Shown here: positions 26,740-38,258 of the stretch, one piece after another
Position numbering within the stretch: the stretch's first letter is position 1
How the letters are laid out: every line of letters begins with the position of its first letter
Source: Paraspadella gotoi
Lineage: Eukaryota > Animalia > Chaetognatha
Assembly (NCBI GenBank): GCA_051294375.1
Contig: CM119270.1
Location: 18,960,770 to 19,001,005 of the forward strand
DNA length: 40,236 bases
Direction: 5' to 3'
Notes under the pieces: model-generated
The model's database searches: none
What the model was told of the DNA's origin: nothing
What the model saw: the letters and a program-made list of their open reading frames with translations, nothing else
Translations under genes and position numbers: made by a program

Positions 26740-27135
26740 TTGTCGACCACATAGAGACGACATAGTGATTCCGTCCTCTTTCTAAACCTTGTGAGGGCCT
26801 GAATATATCCTTCTTTACTTTTATCCGGTTGGTGAGCCGCGTCCGAGGCCCAGTCGATTATTCAGATCTCGTCTGGTAGGACCCAGATCACCGACCTGAT
26901 TCTTCCGTGGTTCTTTATATGTTCTTCTGGCCCGATTGTTTGGTTAGATGTTGTCTCTGACTGGGCCAGCTGGTGCTCCTTTTCCTGTTTGATCGGCCCT
27001 TTTGTTGATTTGGAAGCCCGATAAGGGGTTTCTCTTTTGTTGAAATTCGTCCCTGCCGCTTTACTTATTCCTGCGGTTCCTTGTGGACCCCAAACTGATT
27101 TTCAGGTGACCATTCGGAGACTCTCGACCAGAAAG
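26740..27135 (-). pseudogene. Gypsy integrase C-terminal fragment (frameshifted)
   Basis: With indels tolerated: RDNI...QK, then QVGDL(V)L at 26898-26884 and YSGPHKV at 26805-26785. This matches the FxVGDxVL...GPY/FxV module of Ty3/Gypsy integrases. Confidence 0.65.
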
Positions 27136-27244
27136 GCCGCCAGATGTAATGTATTTATATCTTACAAACCGACCGACCGATGAGCCTTTGCCATAAACTC
27201 AATAACGTAAAGAACCAATAAACTCAGTCGGGCCAAGAAGGACA

Positions 27245-27400
27245 TAAAAAGGACAAAACGAGAGAACAACGGACAACAAACGAAGGACAAAGAACAAAAG
27301 ACATCCAAAGATCACGAACAGAAGACAACGAACAAAAGACAACCAGGACAACGTTAAGACAACGAGGACAACGAACGAAGGACAGCGAACAAAAGACGGA
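27245..27400. repeat. Degenerate A-rich tandem repeat (aacgaaggac/aacaaaagac units)
   Basis: Recurring gacaacgaacaaaagac / gacaacgaacgaaggac units. Confidence 0.7.
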
Positions 27401-27729
27401 CGCATTGAGGAGAAACAACAATGAGATTCTCGGCGATAAAAGAATCACAAAGCGACTTCGTCCAGGGGGAAAGAGAGGGACGGCCCGATGGAAGAGAGTG
27501 AGCAATAGAAAAAAGGAGATGAAAGTGGACCAGGAGAAGACCGAATCCATTGATAACTCGGACAGGGAGAGGGAATGAGATTGAAATGTAAGACGGGCTT
27601 GTCTAGGCATGAGAAGGTAACGAAATTGCAAGCAGATTGCAAGCAGATTTGATTTCTATGTTTGAGGAGAAATTTCTACAAAAGTTTATTCGCGATTCCA
27701 CTAGAAATTGTTGCCGACAACTAAAGTTG

Positions 27730-27785
27730 ATAATTTATTAATAATTTATTAATAATTTATTAAAAATTTATTAATAATTTATTTA
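27730..27785. repeat. 11-bp tandem repeat (ATAATTTATTA), about 5 copies
   Basis: Directly visible: taatttattaa taatttattaa taatttattaa aaatttattaa taatttattta. Confidence 0.85.
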
Positions 27786-28120
27786 AACACAAAATATTTA
27801 TTTGACCAGTTACCAGTTACCCGTTCATTCAATATTTAAGCTATCTTGGCCGTCTGGCTCCTGACAGAGGACAGTCAATCATGTTATATATTCAGTAATA
27901 AATCAATTATATATCAGGTTATACAATGTATAATATACATCATGTTTTTAGGCAGCAGGACCTAAAAGATCGTTTTATGGAGACCAATAACTAACCGTTG
28001 CCCGTGAGATTAATCTATTAGCTATTTGTAATGGAAAACCGAATTAGTAATCGGAAACGACAATAGATGACGAAAAGTAATATTTATCCGAACCACAACC
28101 ACAACTTCGACCACAAGGCC

Positions 28121-28160
28121 AATACAATGACAATGACAATACAATGACAATACAATGACA
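28121..28160. repeat. Short tandem repeat (AATACAATGAC)n
   Basis: Three to four copies directly visible. Confidence 0.7.
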
Positions 28161-30039
28161 TTCACGTATCACGTGACAGAAACGTTAGCGATGACGTCAT
28201 CGCCGACTTGACGTAAAAGATAAAAAAAACAACAAAAGTCGGATTTCTATTCTACGCTAAAACTTGCGTCAGCCTCACGACGTCATCTCGTTCCCAGCGG
28301 CAGCAGGATCGGCAGGAAGCAACGCGGCAGCCGCTTCCGCCGCATATCCGGAGAAAACGCATCCGCGTACAAATCCGAAGTTAACGTCCTAATCTCATGT
28401 TTACGCCCTTTTTTTCTTTTCGATACGCGACCTCATTGCGCAGGCGCAGTCGTTTCATTCTTCCTCACTCCCTGCGAATCGCCTTCCAGCCTCCATACAT
28501 CAAAAAGACTCACCGAGCGAAAATCACATTACGTATAAAAAATTTATTTATTTCAATTTACCAAATTTACAAATTCAAATTAACGGATTCATATAAGACT
28601 CATCATATTCATAAAATTTACCNNNNNNNNNNNNNNNNNNNNNNNNNNNNNNNNNNNNNNNNNNNNNNNNNNNNNNNNNNNNNNNNNNNNNNNNNNNNNN
28701 NNNNNNNNNNNNNNNNNNNNNNNNNNNNNNNNNNNNNNNNNNNNNNNNNNNNNNNNNNNNNNNNNNNNNNNNNNNNNNNNNNNNNNNNNNNNNNNNNNNN
28801 NNNNNNNNNNNNNNNNNNNNNNNNNNNNNNNNNNNNNNNNNNNNNNNNNNNNNNNNNNNNNNNNNNNNNNNNNNNNNNNNNNNNNNNNNNNNNNNNNNNN
28901 NNNNNNNNNNNNNNNNNNNNNNNNNNNNNNNNNNNNNNNNNNNNNNNNNNNNNNNNNNNNNNNNNNNNNNNNNNNNNNNNNNNNNNNNNNNNNNNNNNNN
29001 NNNNNNNNNNNNNNNNNNNNNNNNNNNNNNNNNNNNNNNNNNNNNNNNNCCGACAATCGAGTTAGGGTCGACCTTTTCCCTTTTGTTTCCGCTCGTTTTT
29101 TTCGGGGTTAATAGACTTTAAAAAGCTTCGTTCTTTTCTCTCCTCTTTTTCAAAACAACCTTAAACTGTTCTCTCTCGGCGCTTTAGTCTTCTATCCTTA
29201 TTTCTGTCTTTTCAAATCATCCATTACTGTTTTAAACTTCTATATTTTTTTTTTTCGAGCAGCATTTTCGTTTCTAGTGTTCTGAATTTTTGCGTCTGCA
29301 TCCCGTGTGACTCCATCGTACCAAATTCAATTNNNNNNNNNNNNNNNNNNNNNNNNNNNNNNNNNNNNNNNNNNNNNNNNNNNNNNNNNNNNNNNNNNNN
29401 NNNNNNNNNNNNNNNNNNNNNNNNNNNNNNNNNNNNNNNNNNNNNNNNNNNNNNNNAAAAAAAAGAGAGAGAGAGGCGCCAAAAATGGAAATTAAATTAA
29501 TGAAGGGAAGTGGGGGAAAAAGGCAGCTTTTCAATTGGTTTAGGCGACTTGTATTTGTTTTCGTCGATCTATTTCCCCTTATAAGTTTACAGTTTGTACG
29601 AATTATACTAATATAAACAAAAAAACGAACTGTAAGCAGAAAACCTTTAAGGCAACATATCAAAGAAACAAAACAAAAGCAAATCAAGAAAACAAAGGAC
29701 CGCCAAGATTCGGATCTCCCGTTTCGCTGGAGCGAAAGAAATTCCCCGACGCGCGACGCAGAGAAAAGTAAGTCAAAGGTTCCGTCGGAGAGAGGTGAGT
29801 TCGCACGACATCACCCGAGACGCGTCAGACCTTAAAATTATCACTCTTTCCCGCCACTCCAATTCACATCACACTCATTCTTATTTCGTTGAGAACGTTG
29901 AAAGTTTGTCATAAAAATGACAATGATAATTTTGACATTGGTTGTACCGATTTCATAGCAAATATCACATCAGTTTTTGCTTCTAGTTTTTAAAAAAACT
30001 GCAAACCTAGTCAATAGTTATTTAACCCACTTCGACGGA

Positions 30040-30423
30040 CTACAACTTCGCCACTTCTACCACTATGACCTCATCCTCACCACTTCGGCCACATCCTCAA
30101 CACTTTTACCACCCCTTTATCACTTTGACCACATCCTCATCACTTCGACCACATCCTCACCACTTTTACCACCCCTTTATCACTTTGACCACATTCTCAC
30201 CACTTTGACCACTTTCATCACTTCGACCACATCCTTACGACTTCGACCACATCCTCAAAAATTTGGCCACCCTTTTATCACTTTGACCACATCCTCAACA
30301 ATTTGACCGCACCCTCACCATTTCGACCACATCCTTACCACTTTGACCACTTTCATCACTCTGGCCACATCCTTATCACTTCTACCACAACCTCTCCACT
30401 TCAACCACACCCTCTCCACTTCT
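30040..30423. repeat. 20-bp minisatellite (CACTTYGACCACATCCTCAY) running into a gap
   Basis: Clear 20-bp period. 30061-30120 and 30121-30180 are near-identical 60-bp trimers. Confidence 0.9.
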
Positions 30424-30846
30424 NNNNNNNNNNNNNNNNNNNNNNNNNNNNNNNNNNNNNNNNNNNNNNNNNNNNNNNNNNNNNNNNNNNNNNNNNNNNN
30501 NNNNNNNNNNNNNNNNNNNNNNNNNNNNNNNNNNNNNNNNNNNNNNNNNNNNNNNNNNNNNNNNNNNNNNNNNNNNNNNNNNNNNNNNNNNNNNNNNNNN
30601 NNNNNNNNNNNNNNNNNNNNNNNNNNNNNNNNNNNNNNNNNNNNNNNNNNNNNNNNNNNNNNNNNNNNNNNNNNNNNNNNNNNNNNNNNNNNNNNNNNNN
30701 NNNNNNNNNNNNNNNNNNNNNNNNNNNNNNNNNNNNNNNNNNNNNNNNNNNNNNNNNNNNNNNNNNNNNNNNNNNNNNNNNNNNNNNNNNNNNNNNNNNN
30801 NNNNNNNNNNNNNNNNNNNNNNNNNNNNNNNNNNNNNNNNNNNNNN

Positions 30847-30880
<34 letters not shown>
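30847..30880. repeat. (TCG)n microsatellite at gap edge
   Basis: Directly visible. Confidence 0.9.
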
Positions 30881-31194
30881 TTTCTTATCCTCGAAAATCA
30901 TCGACATCGTCAGAGTTAATTAAACGTTGAGAGACTCGACGCAGGGAAGGAAACCGTCGTCTTTGTCATCGTCGTCGTCGTCGTCATGATGGTCGTCGTT
31001 CTCAACGTCGAAGTCAACCCTAGCGTCGTTATCGTCGTCAATGATATCGTCGTCGTTATTGCCGTCGACTGCATACCTAACATCGTAACTCTCGCAAATG
31101 GAACAGAAACGAAAAAGACAAACTTTCTCTCTCTCTCTCTCTCTCTCTCTCTGACGGCAAGTTTTCAGTAAGGCTACGACCCATTCGAGCGCCG

Positions 31195-31285
31195 ATTACA
31201 TCACTTTCGTTCGAAATGACGTCACTTCCGGTTCCAATTACGTCACATCCGGTCCAAATTAGGTCACTCTCCCGGTAAACGCGAC
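31195..31285. repeat. Degenerate 21-bp tandem repeat containing TGACGTCACTTCCGG
   Basis: attacatcactttcgttcgaa / atgacgtcacttccggttcca / attacgtcacatccggtccaa / attaggtcactctcccggtaa. Confidence 0.7.
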
Positions 31286-31607
31286 ATTTTCGGTTCCTCT
31301 CTTTCGCCGGATCCACCAATGACCCTCCTTTCCTCGTTTCAGGTGGCTATCTTTTTTTCCCGGTGCCATTTCGGTTCCACCAACGACCCGACTTTCCGGT
31401 TACACTGACCACTTTCCGCCCCAATTCCGGCCCAATTTCCGGTTCTTTATCTCCTCGGCGTCGACGTTGTCGAGTTAATTTTCCGGCGCCGAGAAAATGA
31501 TGAAAGTCGAGGGAATCGAAAGGAGGATGTGATCACCTCGGATTGTCGGGGGAGTGATGAGTTAAGGTGATCACCAGGAGTTGGAGTGATTAGGAGGTGA
31601 TAGATTC

Positions 31608-31610
<3 letters not shown>

Positions 31611-31669
<59 letters not shown>

Positions 31670-31680
31670 CTCTCTTCTCC
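31611..31680. repeat. (CT)n microsatellite
   Basis: Directly visible. Confidence 0.95.
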
Positions 31681-32976
31681 CTTTCTTCTCTCCTTTCCTT
31701 AAATATTTTTTTTAAAAATTTCTCTGGCCTCGAAAAATGAACCAGCAAAATGGTTTGAATTCATTGTCCTGGTAAAAATAAAACAGAACTGAATCCCACA
31801 TCGATGTTTTCTTTTTAATTATATTTTATCTATTTTACTATATGTTAAGTAATTATAATTTAGTTGTACTCTATTTCACGTTTTATTTACTTTACTTTTT
31901 AAGACTTCGCTTCTCAAAAACACCACAGGCAAATTTCGTTGGGTCATTCTACACAATCAAACCAGAACCAATATATTTTGTAATTGAATATTACTGAGAG
32001 GTTAAATTTGTATTACAAGTCCTCAGGAGAATTTAACCAGCAACTTAGTCGCCGCCCAGACTCCTCGGTTCAGCAAGTTTTAAATTTGTACGCAGTTACG
32101 GAACATTTTACATTGCATTGTTACATGAGATTACTTAATTATTCAAGCAATTTGGCGGTGACATTGGCAACGTTTACCCCAGACATTTCCAATTTTATCA
32201 TCGCGATTTTCCCAAATCTTCCCCCATTTTCACCTTCGATAATTTTCCTGCCACCGAACTCACGTCATCTCACGCGCGCTCATTAATCACACGACGGTGA
32301 AACCCGCGGATCAGGAGACGTCAACCCACTTCCGGTGAAAACGACGTCCATCACTCACGGCATCACGGACGGGATCACCGCCGGGATTTCTTTTTTCTCC
32401 CACTGGCCGGAAAATGGCCGAGAGGGAACCGGAAAATGGACCCTAACGTCGTGAGTCGTTGACCTCGTTTCGAGAGGGAAAGTAAATAAAGGCGCGACCG
32501 AGGGGAAAAGGTAAGGCGCATACCGGGCTCAGTTTGTTTGTTTTTTTGGTGGCGGGTGGGGTGGCAACAAAACATTGAAGAAAACTCGGAACTCATTAGT
32601 CGCCAATGGAACCATGAGTATCAAAAAAGAGGTTAAGATATCTATTTCTATCTGTAAGTCGTTTTTGCTTCCCTTTCTTCTTTCAACCTCCTGGCCTCTT
32701 GTTCTTTTAAAAAGCGTCAAACGCAAAGAGAAGGTCATGTCGTAGGACAATATGGCCTACGCAAGGTCGTGATATCGAAGAACATTAAAATTACATTTGA
32801 AAGTTCAAAATTACTAAATCAAAGGTAAATTTGAACCTCTCTATCGTATCAGCTCTGATTTGATAAAAATGTATCTAATTTAAATAATATCTACACAGCA
32901 GTCCCACTTGAAAGTATTCTTGTGAACCTACCCATTGTACCCTGCGACCTTACTCAACCCTTTCGTTCAAACTTAC

Positions 32977-33104
32977 CCAAAACGTTGAGGTATCCGTCGG
33001 CGAAGACGTAACCGTGGACGTTGGATGCGTTGCATTGGAAGACGGCCGTGTCGGCGTCCTTGAGGAGGCCTTTGATGGTGAGGTTGCCCGGCTGGAGGCT
33101 GTGC
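32977..33104 (-). CDS. Nrg: Neuroglian/L1-like, C-half of Ig4
   Basis: Acceptor cttctccccaccccag|, donor G|GTAAGT, 128 nt (phase 2-1). HSLQPGNLTIKGLLKDADTAVFQCNASNVHGYVFADGYLNVL matches the characteristic L1/NrCAM/neuroglian Ig4 ending QCNASNxxGY...NVL. Not in the ORF track. Confidence 0.93.
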
Positions 33105-33149
33105 CTGGGGTGGGGAGAAGGGACAAGGGTGAGTTGAGGGAAAAAATAT

Positions 33150-33233
33150 TAGAATAGAATGGAATAGAATAGAATAGAATAGAATAGAATATAATACAAT
33201 AGAATAGAATAGAATAGAATAGAATAGAATAGA
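33150..33233. repeat. (AATAG)n pentanucleotide microsatellite in a neuroglian-like intron
   Basis: Directly visible. Confidence 0.95.
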
Positions 33234-33615
33234 AAATAATCTTCTAGGAGTTGATTGAATTTTGAAAAAGACATCTTATGCGCAGCCAATTGATATATGG
33301 TATGTTTTCTTTTGGCGGCATATACAAGTGTACTTGTATAATATACAATGTATTACAAAATTCCTTCTATCATCGGTGGATTAAAAGTTCATTTTTGAGA
33401 ACGATTAAAGATCCCTCCTCCAAAAAAAAAACAAAAAACAAAAAACCCCACAATTTTCATAACCCATAAACTACATATTCATTCGAAAGTAAATGATCAC
33501 AAAATTGACATTTTCGAAACGACTCAAAAGATAAAAAAAAATTGAATTTAACTTATTATGTTAAATATAAATTTAACATCTTAAAAACGAGCCTCTCTCC
33601 TCTCCGTGTAAGAAC

Positions 33616-33824
33616 CTCTTATTATCCAATTTGAGATTCTCGATAGGAATTCCGTTTCGATAAATCTGCACGTCGGGCGGCGGATTTCCTTTGGCGGCGC
33701 AGAGGATCGAGTGAGTCTCTTCCTCGGCTCCATTTTTATCCGTGGGTTTGACGGTGAAGAAAGGTTTGGACTGGACTTGGACCGTGATGACGCGGGACGT
33801 TGGGGTTCCGATCCCGTTGTCGCC
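33616..33824 (-). CDS. Nrg: Neuroglian/L1-like, end of Ig3 and N-half of Ig4
   Basis: Acceptor gaccag|GGC, phase 0. GDNGIGTPTSRVITVQVQSKPFFTVKPTDKNGAEEETHSILCAAKGNPPPDVQIYRNGIPIENLKLDNK(R). The 3' end is placed at a weak AG|GTTCTT donor because the next exon requires phase 2. Confidence 0.85.
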
Positions 33825-34417
33825 CTGGTCGCGAGGAGGGGGGGGGCGGGTGGGGGGAAAGGTATACATTGGAAAAGTCGAAAATTTTGAATTCAGGAAT
33901 GTTTCGTAGTTTTTAATGTTTATATTAGAATAAAGTATTTTTTCTAAATCACTCAGTTCGTTCTATTATTCATTGATTCATGAATTTTTCCCTCCATTCG
34001 TTTATTCATTCATTAATTCACTCTTATTTGGTCGAATGAAAAACTGCCTCCCGATATCATGTACTTTATAATTAATAAGTAAATTAAATTTAAATTAAAC
34101 TATTATTTCCTATTTGCCTTCTACTCCGAAATGCGAGCCGACACTTCTCCTCTCTCGTTACTTTACAATGTCACCCTAGATGACTATCCGTACCTCCTGT
34201 CATTCAAATAGAAACCAAAAATTGAGAAAGCACCAAAATACACAAAGATATCAATCAGATACACAAAAACACACACACACCGATAGAACACGCACACCCG
34301 CACACCACGTGAGTAAAAGCCCCAATCACATCCCCACTATCACTCTATCACTCTATCACTCACATCATATCCCCCCACCCCCCTAACACAACCAATCCTC
34401 CAACCCCCCCTACTCAC

Positions 34418-34535
34418 GATGCACTCGTACTGTCCCTGGTCCGAAAAGTCGACCCTCTTGATCTGCAATTCCTGCCCGAAGGATCCGAATCTCGTCGTCC
34501 GCGGGAGATCGTTGCCCAGATTCTTCCGCCAAGTC
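34418..34535 (-). CDS. Nrg: Neuroglian/L1-like, central part of Ig3 (5' end in gap)
   Basis: TWRKNLGNDLPRTTRFGSFGQELQIKRVDFSDQGQYECI has the W...LxIxxVxxxDxGxYxC motif. Donor ATC|GTGAGT, phase 0. Confidence 0.9.
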
Positions 34536-34934
34536 NNNNNNNNNNNNNNNNNNNNNNNNNNNNNNNNNNNNNNNNNNNNNNNNNNNNNNNNNNNNNNNNN
34601 NNNNNNNNNNNNNNNNNNNNNNNNNNNNNNNNNNNNNNNNNNNNNNNNNNNNNNNNNNNNNNNNNNNNNNNNNNNNNNNNNNNNNNNNNNNNNNNNNNNN
34701 NNNNNNNNNNNNNNNNNNNNNNNNNNNNNNNNNNNNNNNNNNNNNNNNNNNNNNNNNNNNNNNNNNNNNNNNNNNNNNNNNNNNNNNNNNNNNNNNNNNN
34801 NNNNNNNNNNNNNNNNNNNNNNNNNNNNNNNNNNNNNNNNNNNNNNNNNNNNNNNNNNNNNNNNNNNNNNNNNNNNNNNNNNNNNNNNNNNNNNNNNNNN
34901 NNNNNNNNNNNNNNNNNNNNNNNNNNNNNNNNNN

Positions 34935-35120
34935 AAGAAGAAAAAAGAAAAGAAGAAAAAAGAAAAGAAAAGAATAGAAAAGAAAAGAAGAAAAAAGAAA
35001 AGAAAAGAAAAGAAGAAAAAAGAAAAGAAAAGAAAATAAAATAAAAGAAGAAAAAAGAAAAACTTAAAAATAAGAAAAGAAAAGAACGAAAAAAAGAAAA
35101 GAATAGAAAAGAAAAGAAAA
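34935..35120. repeat. (AAAAG)n-like low-complexity tract at gap edge
   Basis: Directly visible. Confidence 0.9.
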
Positions 35121-35717
35121 GTCACAAACAACACTTTCGGAAGAAACGGGTAATGAGAATAATTAAAAAAAAAAAAAAGAAAAGAAAACGAAAGAAAGAA
35201 AACAAACTATTTCTTTTTTTTCTTCTTTTCTTTCTGTAACGAAGTTTTAATTTTCAAGTCATTTTCAAGTTTTCTTTCTCAACGAGCGAAAACAAAACAA
35301 GAAGTCAAATCGTTTGGAAAACGAGAAGAGTTTCCCCGCGTCTTAAAAGTGGTTTTCCGACATTAAATACAAAATATTCTAAAAACGTTCCTTGGCTGTT
35401 TTTCAAGGAAATTTTCAGAAAAAGAATTTTTAACCTCTTCAACCATTCAGAAAAGTTCGGCAAAGTACATCTTAATGTGCGTGTAAGTACATACAGCTTG
35501 ATACAATTTTCTTTTCATTAACCAATCATTGACTAACACCCTTTTTTGTCTGAAAGAAAACAGAGTAAACAAACAATTACGGGAATGGTTGCAAACAGAT
35601 ATTATGTCAACAATAAACGTGAACAAAAAAGAAAAAGAAAAAATAGATCAGGGGACAAAGTCAAACAACTCCGTCCACATGAGGCGGCAACTCAATCACC
35701 CATTTNNNNNNNNNNNN

Positions 35718-35874
35718 GATTGAAGACGTTGCAACTGTAGGCCATCCCGTCGTTGGCGTCCGATTCTTTCACGGTGAGAATGTGAAGATTTCCGTCGTGA
35801 TCGATCGTGACTCTCTTGCTGAGGGGGATGGCCTCAAAGTCGCCCTCGTCGCCTCCGCCAGAAGTCCAGAAAAT
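35718..35874 (-). CDS. Nrg: Neuroglian/L1-like, C-half of Ig2 (3' end lost in a 12-N gap)
   Basis: Acceptor cccttcctttccccag|, phase 0. IFWTSGGGDEGDFEAIPLSKRVTIDHDGNLHILTVKESDANDGMAYSCNVFN carries the L1 Ig2 pattern RxxxxxxGNLxxxxVxxxD...YxC. Confidence 0.9.
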
Positions 35875-37963
35875 CTGGGGAAAGGAAGGGGGGGGTGGTT
35901 TGGGGGTGGAAAAGGGGGTGGAAAGTGGGTGGAAAGATTGGAAGAAAAGAGTAGGAAATTAGAAGGAGAAGAATAAGGATAAAGTATGAAGTTAGAAGAT
36001 AAAGAGTCAGGGAATAAGAAAGAAAAAAGGAGTGTGGGGAAGGACAAGGATAAAATATTAAATATTACAATTACTGTTATAAATATAATTAGCTATTAAG
36101 CTAAAGTTAAGCCGAAGAAAAAAAAGTCAAAAATTCCTCGGCGATCGTTCCGATGCTGTTTTTCGTATTTTCGCGATGCAGTGAGAGGCCAATTCCCGCC
36201 AAAAAATAAAAAACGTAAACAAAAAGTAAACAAACAAAAACAGAGCGCGCGTGACGAAACACGACCGAAGCTCGAGGCGTTCCAAGGCGGACGAGGGAAA
36301 AGGTCGACAAGCGATCGGGAATAAAAAACTTTTGGTTGAGGGAAAGACATGAACGAACAAAATAACAAACCAATGAAAGAAATGCGATAAAAAAAATGTG
36401 CATACTGCGCACGCACTTCGCGAAGAATCTGAGTAATGTTAAGACAGAATTATTGTATTATCGTATTCTACAGTATATTGCTGTATAGTCTATAGAGATA
36501 CCTAGGATATTGCTAGTGTTACTTTTAAGCCACTTAAGAAACCTCCTTATAGTTAAAAGGAAATGAAAAAAGAGTCAAAAATAAAAATAAATATTAACAA
36601 ACAAAAATTCTGCCAATTGAAGAAGAAAATCCGATTTCAAATCCAGAAAGCCTTTCCCAAAAAATGGTTCAATGAAGCCCTTAAGTTTGTTCTGCCAAAA
36701 CACGTTAGGAACAAAAGTGAGNNNNNNNNNNNNNNNNNNNNNNNNNNNNNNNNNNNNNNNNNNNNNNNNNNNNNNNNNNNNNNNNNNNNNNNNNNNNNNN
36801 NNNNNNNNNNNNNNNNNNNNNNNNNNNNNNNNNNNNNNNNNNNNNNNNNNNNNNNNNNNNNNNNNNNNNNNNNNNNNNNNNNNNNNNNNNNNNNNNNNNN
36901 NNNNNNNNNNNNNNNNNNNNNNNNNNNNNNNNNNNNNNNNNNNNNNNNNNNNNNNNNNNNNNNNNNNNNNNNNNNNNNNNNNNNNNNNNNNNNNNNNNNN
37001 NNNNNNNNNNNNNNNNNNNNNNNNNNNNNNNNNNNNNNNNNNNNNNNNNNNNNNNNNNNNNNNNNNNNNNNNNNNNNNNNNNNNNNNNNNNNNNNNNNNN
37101 NNNNNNNNNNNNNNNNNNNNNNNNNNNNNNNNNNNNNNNNNNNNNNNNNNNNNNNNNNNNNNNNNNNNNNNNNNNNNNNNNNNNNNNNNNNNNNNNNNNN
37201 NNNNNNNNNNNNNNNNNNNNNNNNNNNNNNNNNNNNNNNNNNNNNNNNNNNNNNNNNNNNNNNNNNNNNNNNNNNNNNNNNNNNNNNNNNNNNNNNNNNN
37301 NNNNNNNNNNNNNNNNNNNNNNNNNNNNNNNNNNNNNNNNNNNNNNNNNNNNNNNNNNNNNNNNNNNNNNNNNNNNNNNNNNNNNNNNNNNNNNNNNNNN
37401 NNNNNNNNNNNNNNNNNNNNNNNNNNNNNNNNNNNNNNNNNNNNNNNNNNNNNNNNNNNNNNNNNNNNNNNNNNNNNNNNNNNNNNNNNNNNNNNNNNNN
37501 NNNNNNNNNNNNNNNNNNNNNNNNNNGTATAATTAAACTAACGAAAAATATAAATATGATTAAGCACCGTAACAGCCCTAATTTCGCTTGAAATAAAAAA
37601 AAGAATTATATACAGTAAAATCAGACTAATCCCCAAAACATGAAAATAAAATTACGTCCCATTCAACTGAGGGTCAAAATTTAAAAAAAAATAAAAATAA
37701 ATTTAAACTTAGGAATTTTATCAAAAAAAAAAAAAAGAAAATTGTAATCTTACATTCAACGCTATTGACATTTCATTTTAAAATTGGGACAAGCGTTCGC
37801 TAGAACTTTCGTAGCAACCTTAAACTACTATTAACTCCCTTGGCCTTCTAAAACTTATTGGATAAACATAATCTAACCCAGAAATTAACTTCTCAAGACT
37901 TTCTCAGCCCCACTATATCCATTCATTTTTTCCGTACACCAGCGCGCCCGCCTCTAAACTCAC

Positions 37964-38258
37964 GTCGGGCGCCGGGAGCGCGTCCGGCGGCGTGCACGTG
38001 AGGGTCACGTGACGATTAAGTCCCGCCACATGCGTCTCCGGCGTGAAGACCTTCGGCATCTGGTCGATGAAGGCTTCGCGCACGTGCAACATCTTGGACA
38101 AGGCGGTGCCATGGGCGTTGGTGGCGTTGCATTGGTAGAAGCCCTCGTCGGTCTCTTTGTCGGGGTCAGTGATGGTCATTGTGCCGGAACCGCGTGGCAT
38201 CGCGTAGCGCGGGGAAGAAGAGAAGTCTATGGGCGATCCGTCTTTGTACCAGGAGTAT
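37964..38258 (-). CDS. Nrg: Neuroglian/L1-like, C-half of Ig1 and N-half of Ig2
   Basis: Acceptor ttccccaatcgcag|, donor GAC|GTGAGT, 295 nt (phase 2-0). YSWYKDG...GTMTI...DEGFYQCNATNAHGTALS...VTLTCTPPDALPAPD is typical of L1-family Ig1-Ig2. Confidence 0.93.

Larger units (their letters stand above)
23409..27135 (-). mobile_element. Truncated Ty3/Gypsy-type LTR retroelement (integrase end, env-like ORF, PPT, 3' LTR)
   Basis: Collinear minus-strand order: integrase C-terminal motifs, then a ~2 kb glycoprotein-like region, a PPT at 23725-23742, and an LTR-like promoter/polyA block. No gag or RT was seen. Confidence 0.75.
27145..27939 (+). mobile_element. Second, unrelated LTR-like sequence abutting the integrase fragment
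   Basis: Starts TGTAAT exactly where integrase-like coding stops and ends ...TACA (27925 or 27939). Contains TATTTAA (~27833), AATAAA (27897-27902) and internal tandem repeats. No target-site duplication seen. Confidence 0.4.

Noticed and set aside
29700-29800. Plus-strand donor-like GTAAGT and GTGAGT sites in a CpG patch
   Set aside because: No acceptor, start or recognisable reading frame supports an exon.
35641-35705. Continuation of the Ig2 exon beyond the 12-N gap
   Set aside because: No frame supplies the expected final Ig2 strand or Ig3 start, so the gap is probably under-sized.
28397-37591. Long ORF-track entries containing X runs
   Set aside because: They are open only because they cross N-gaps.
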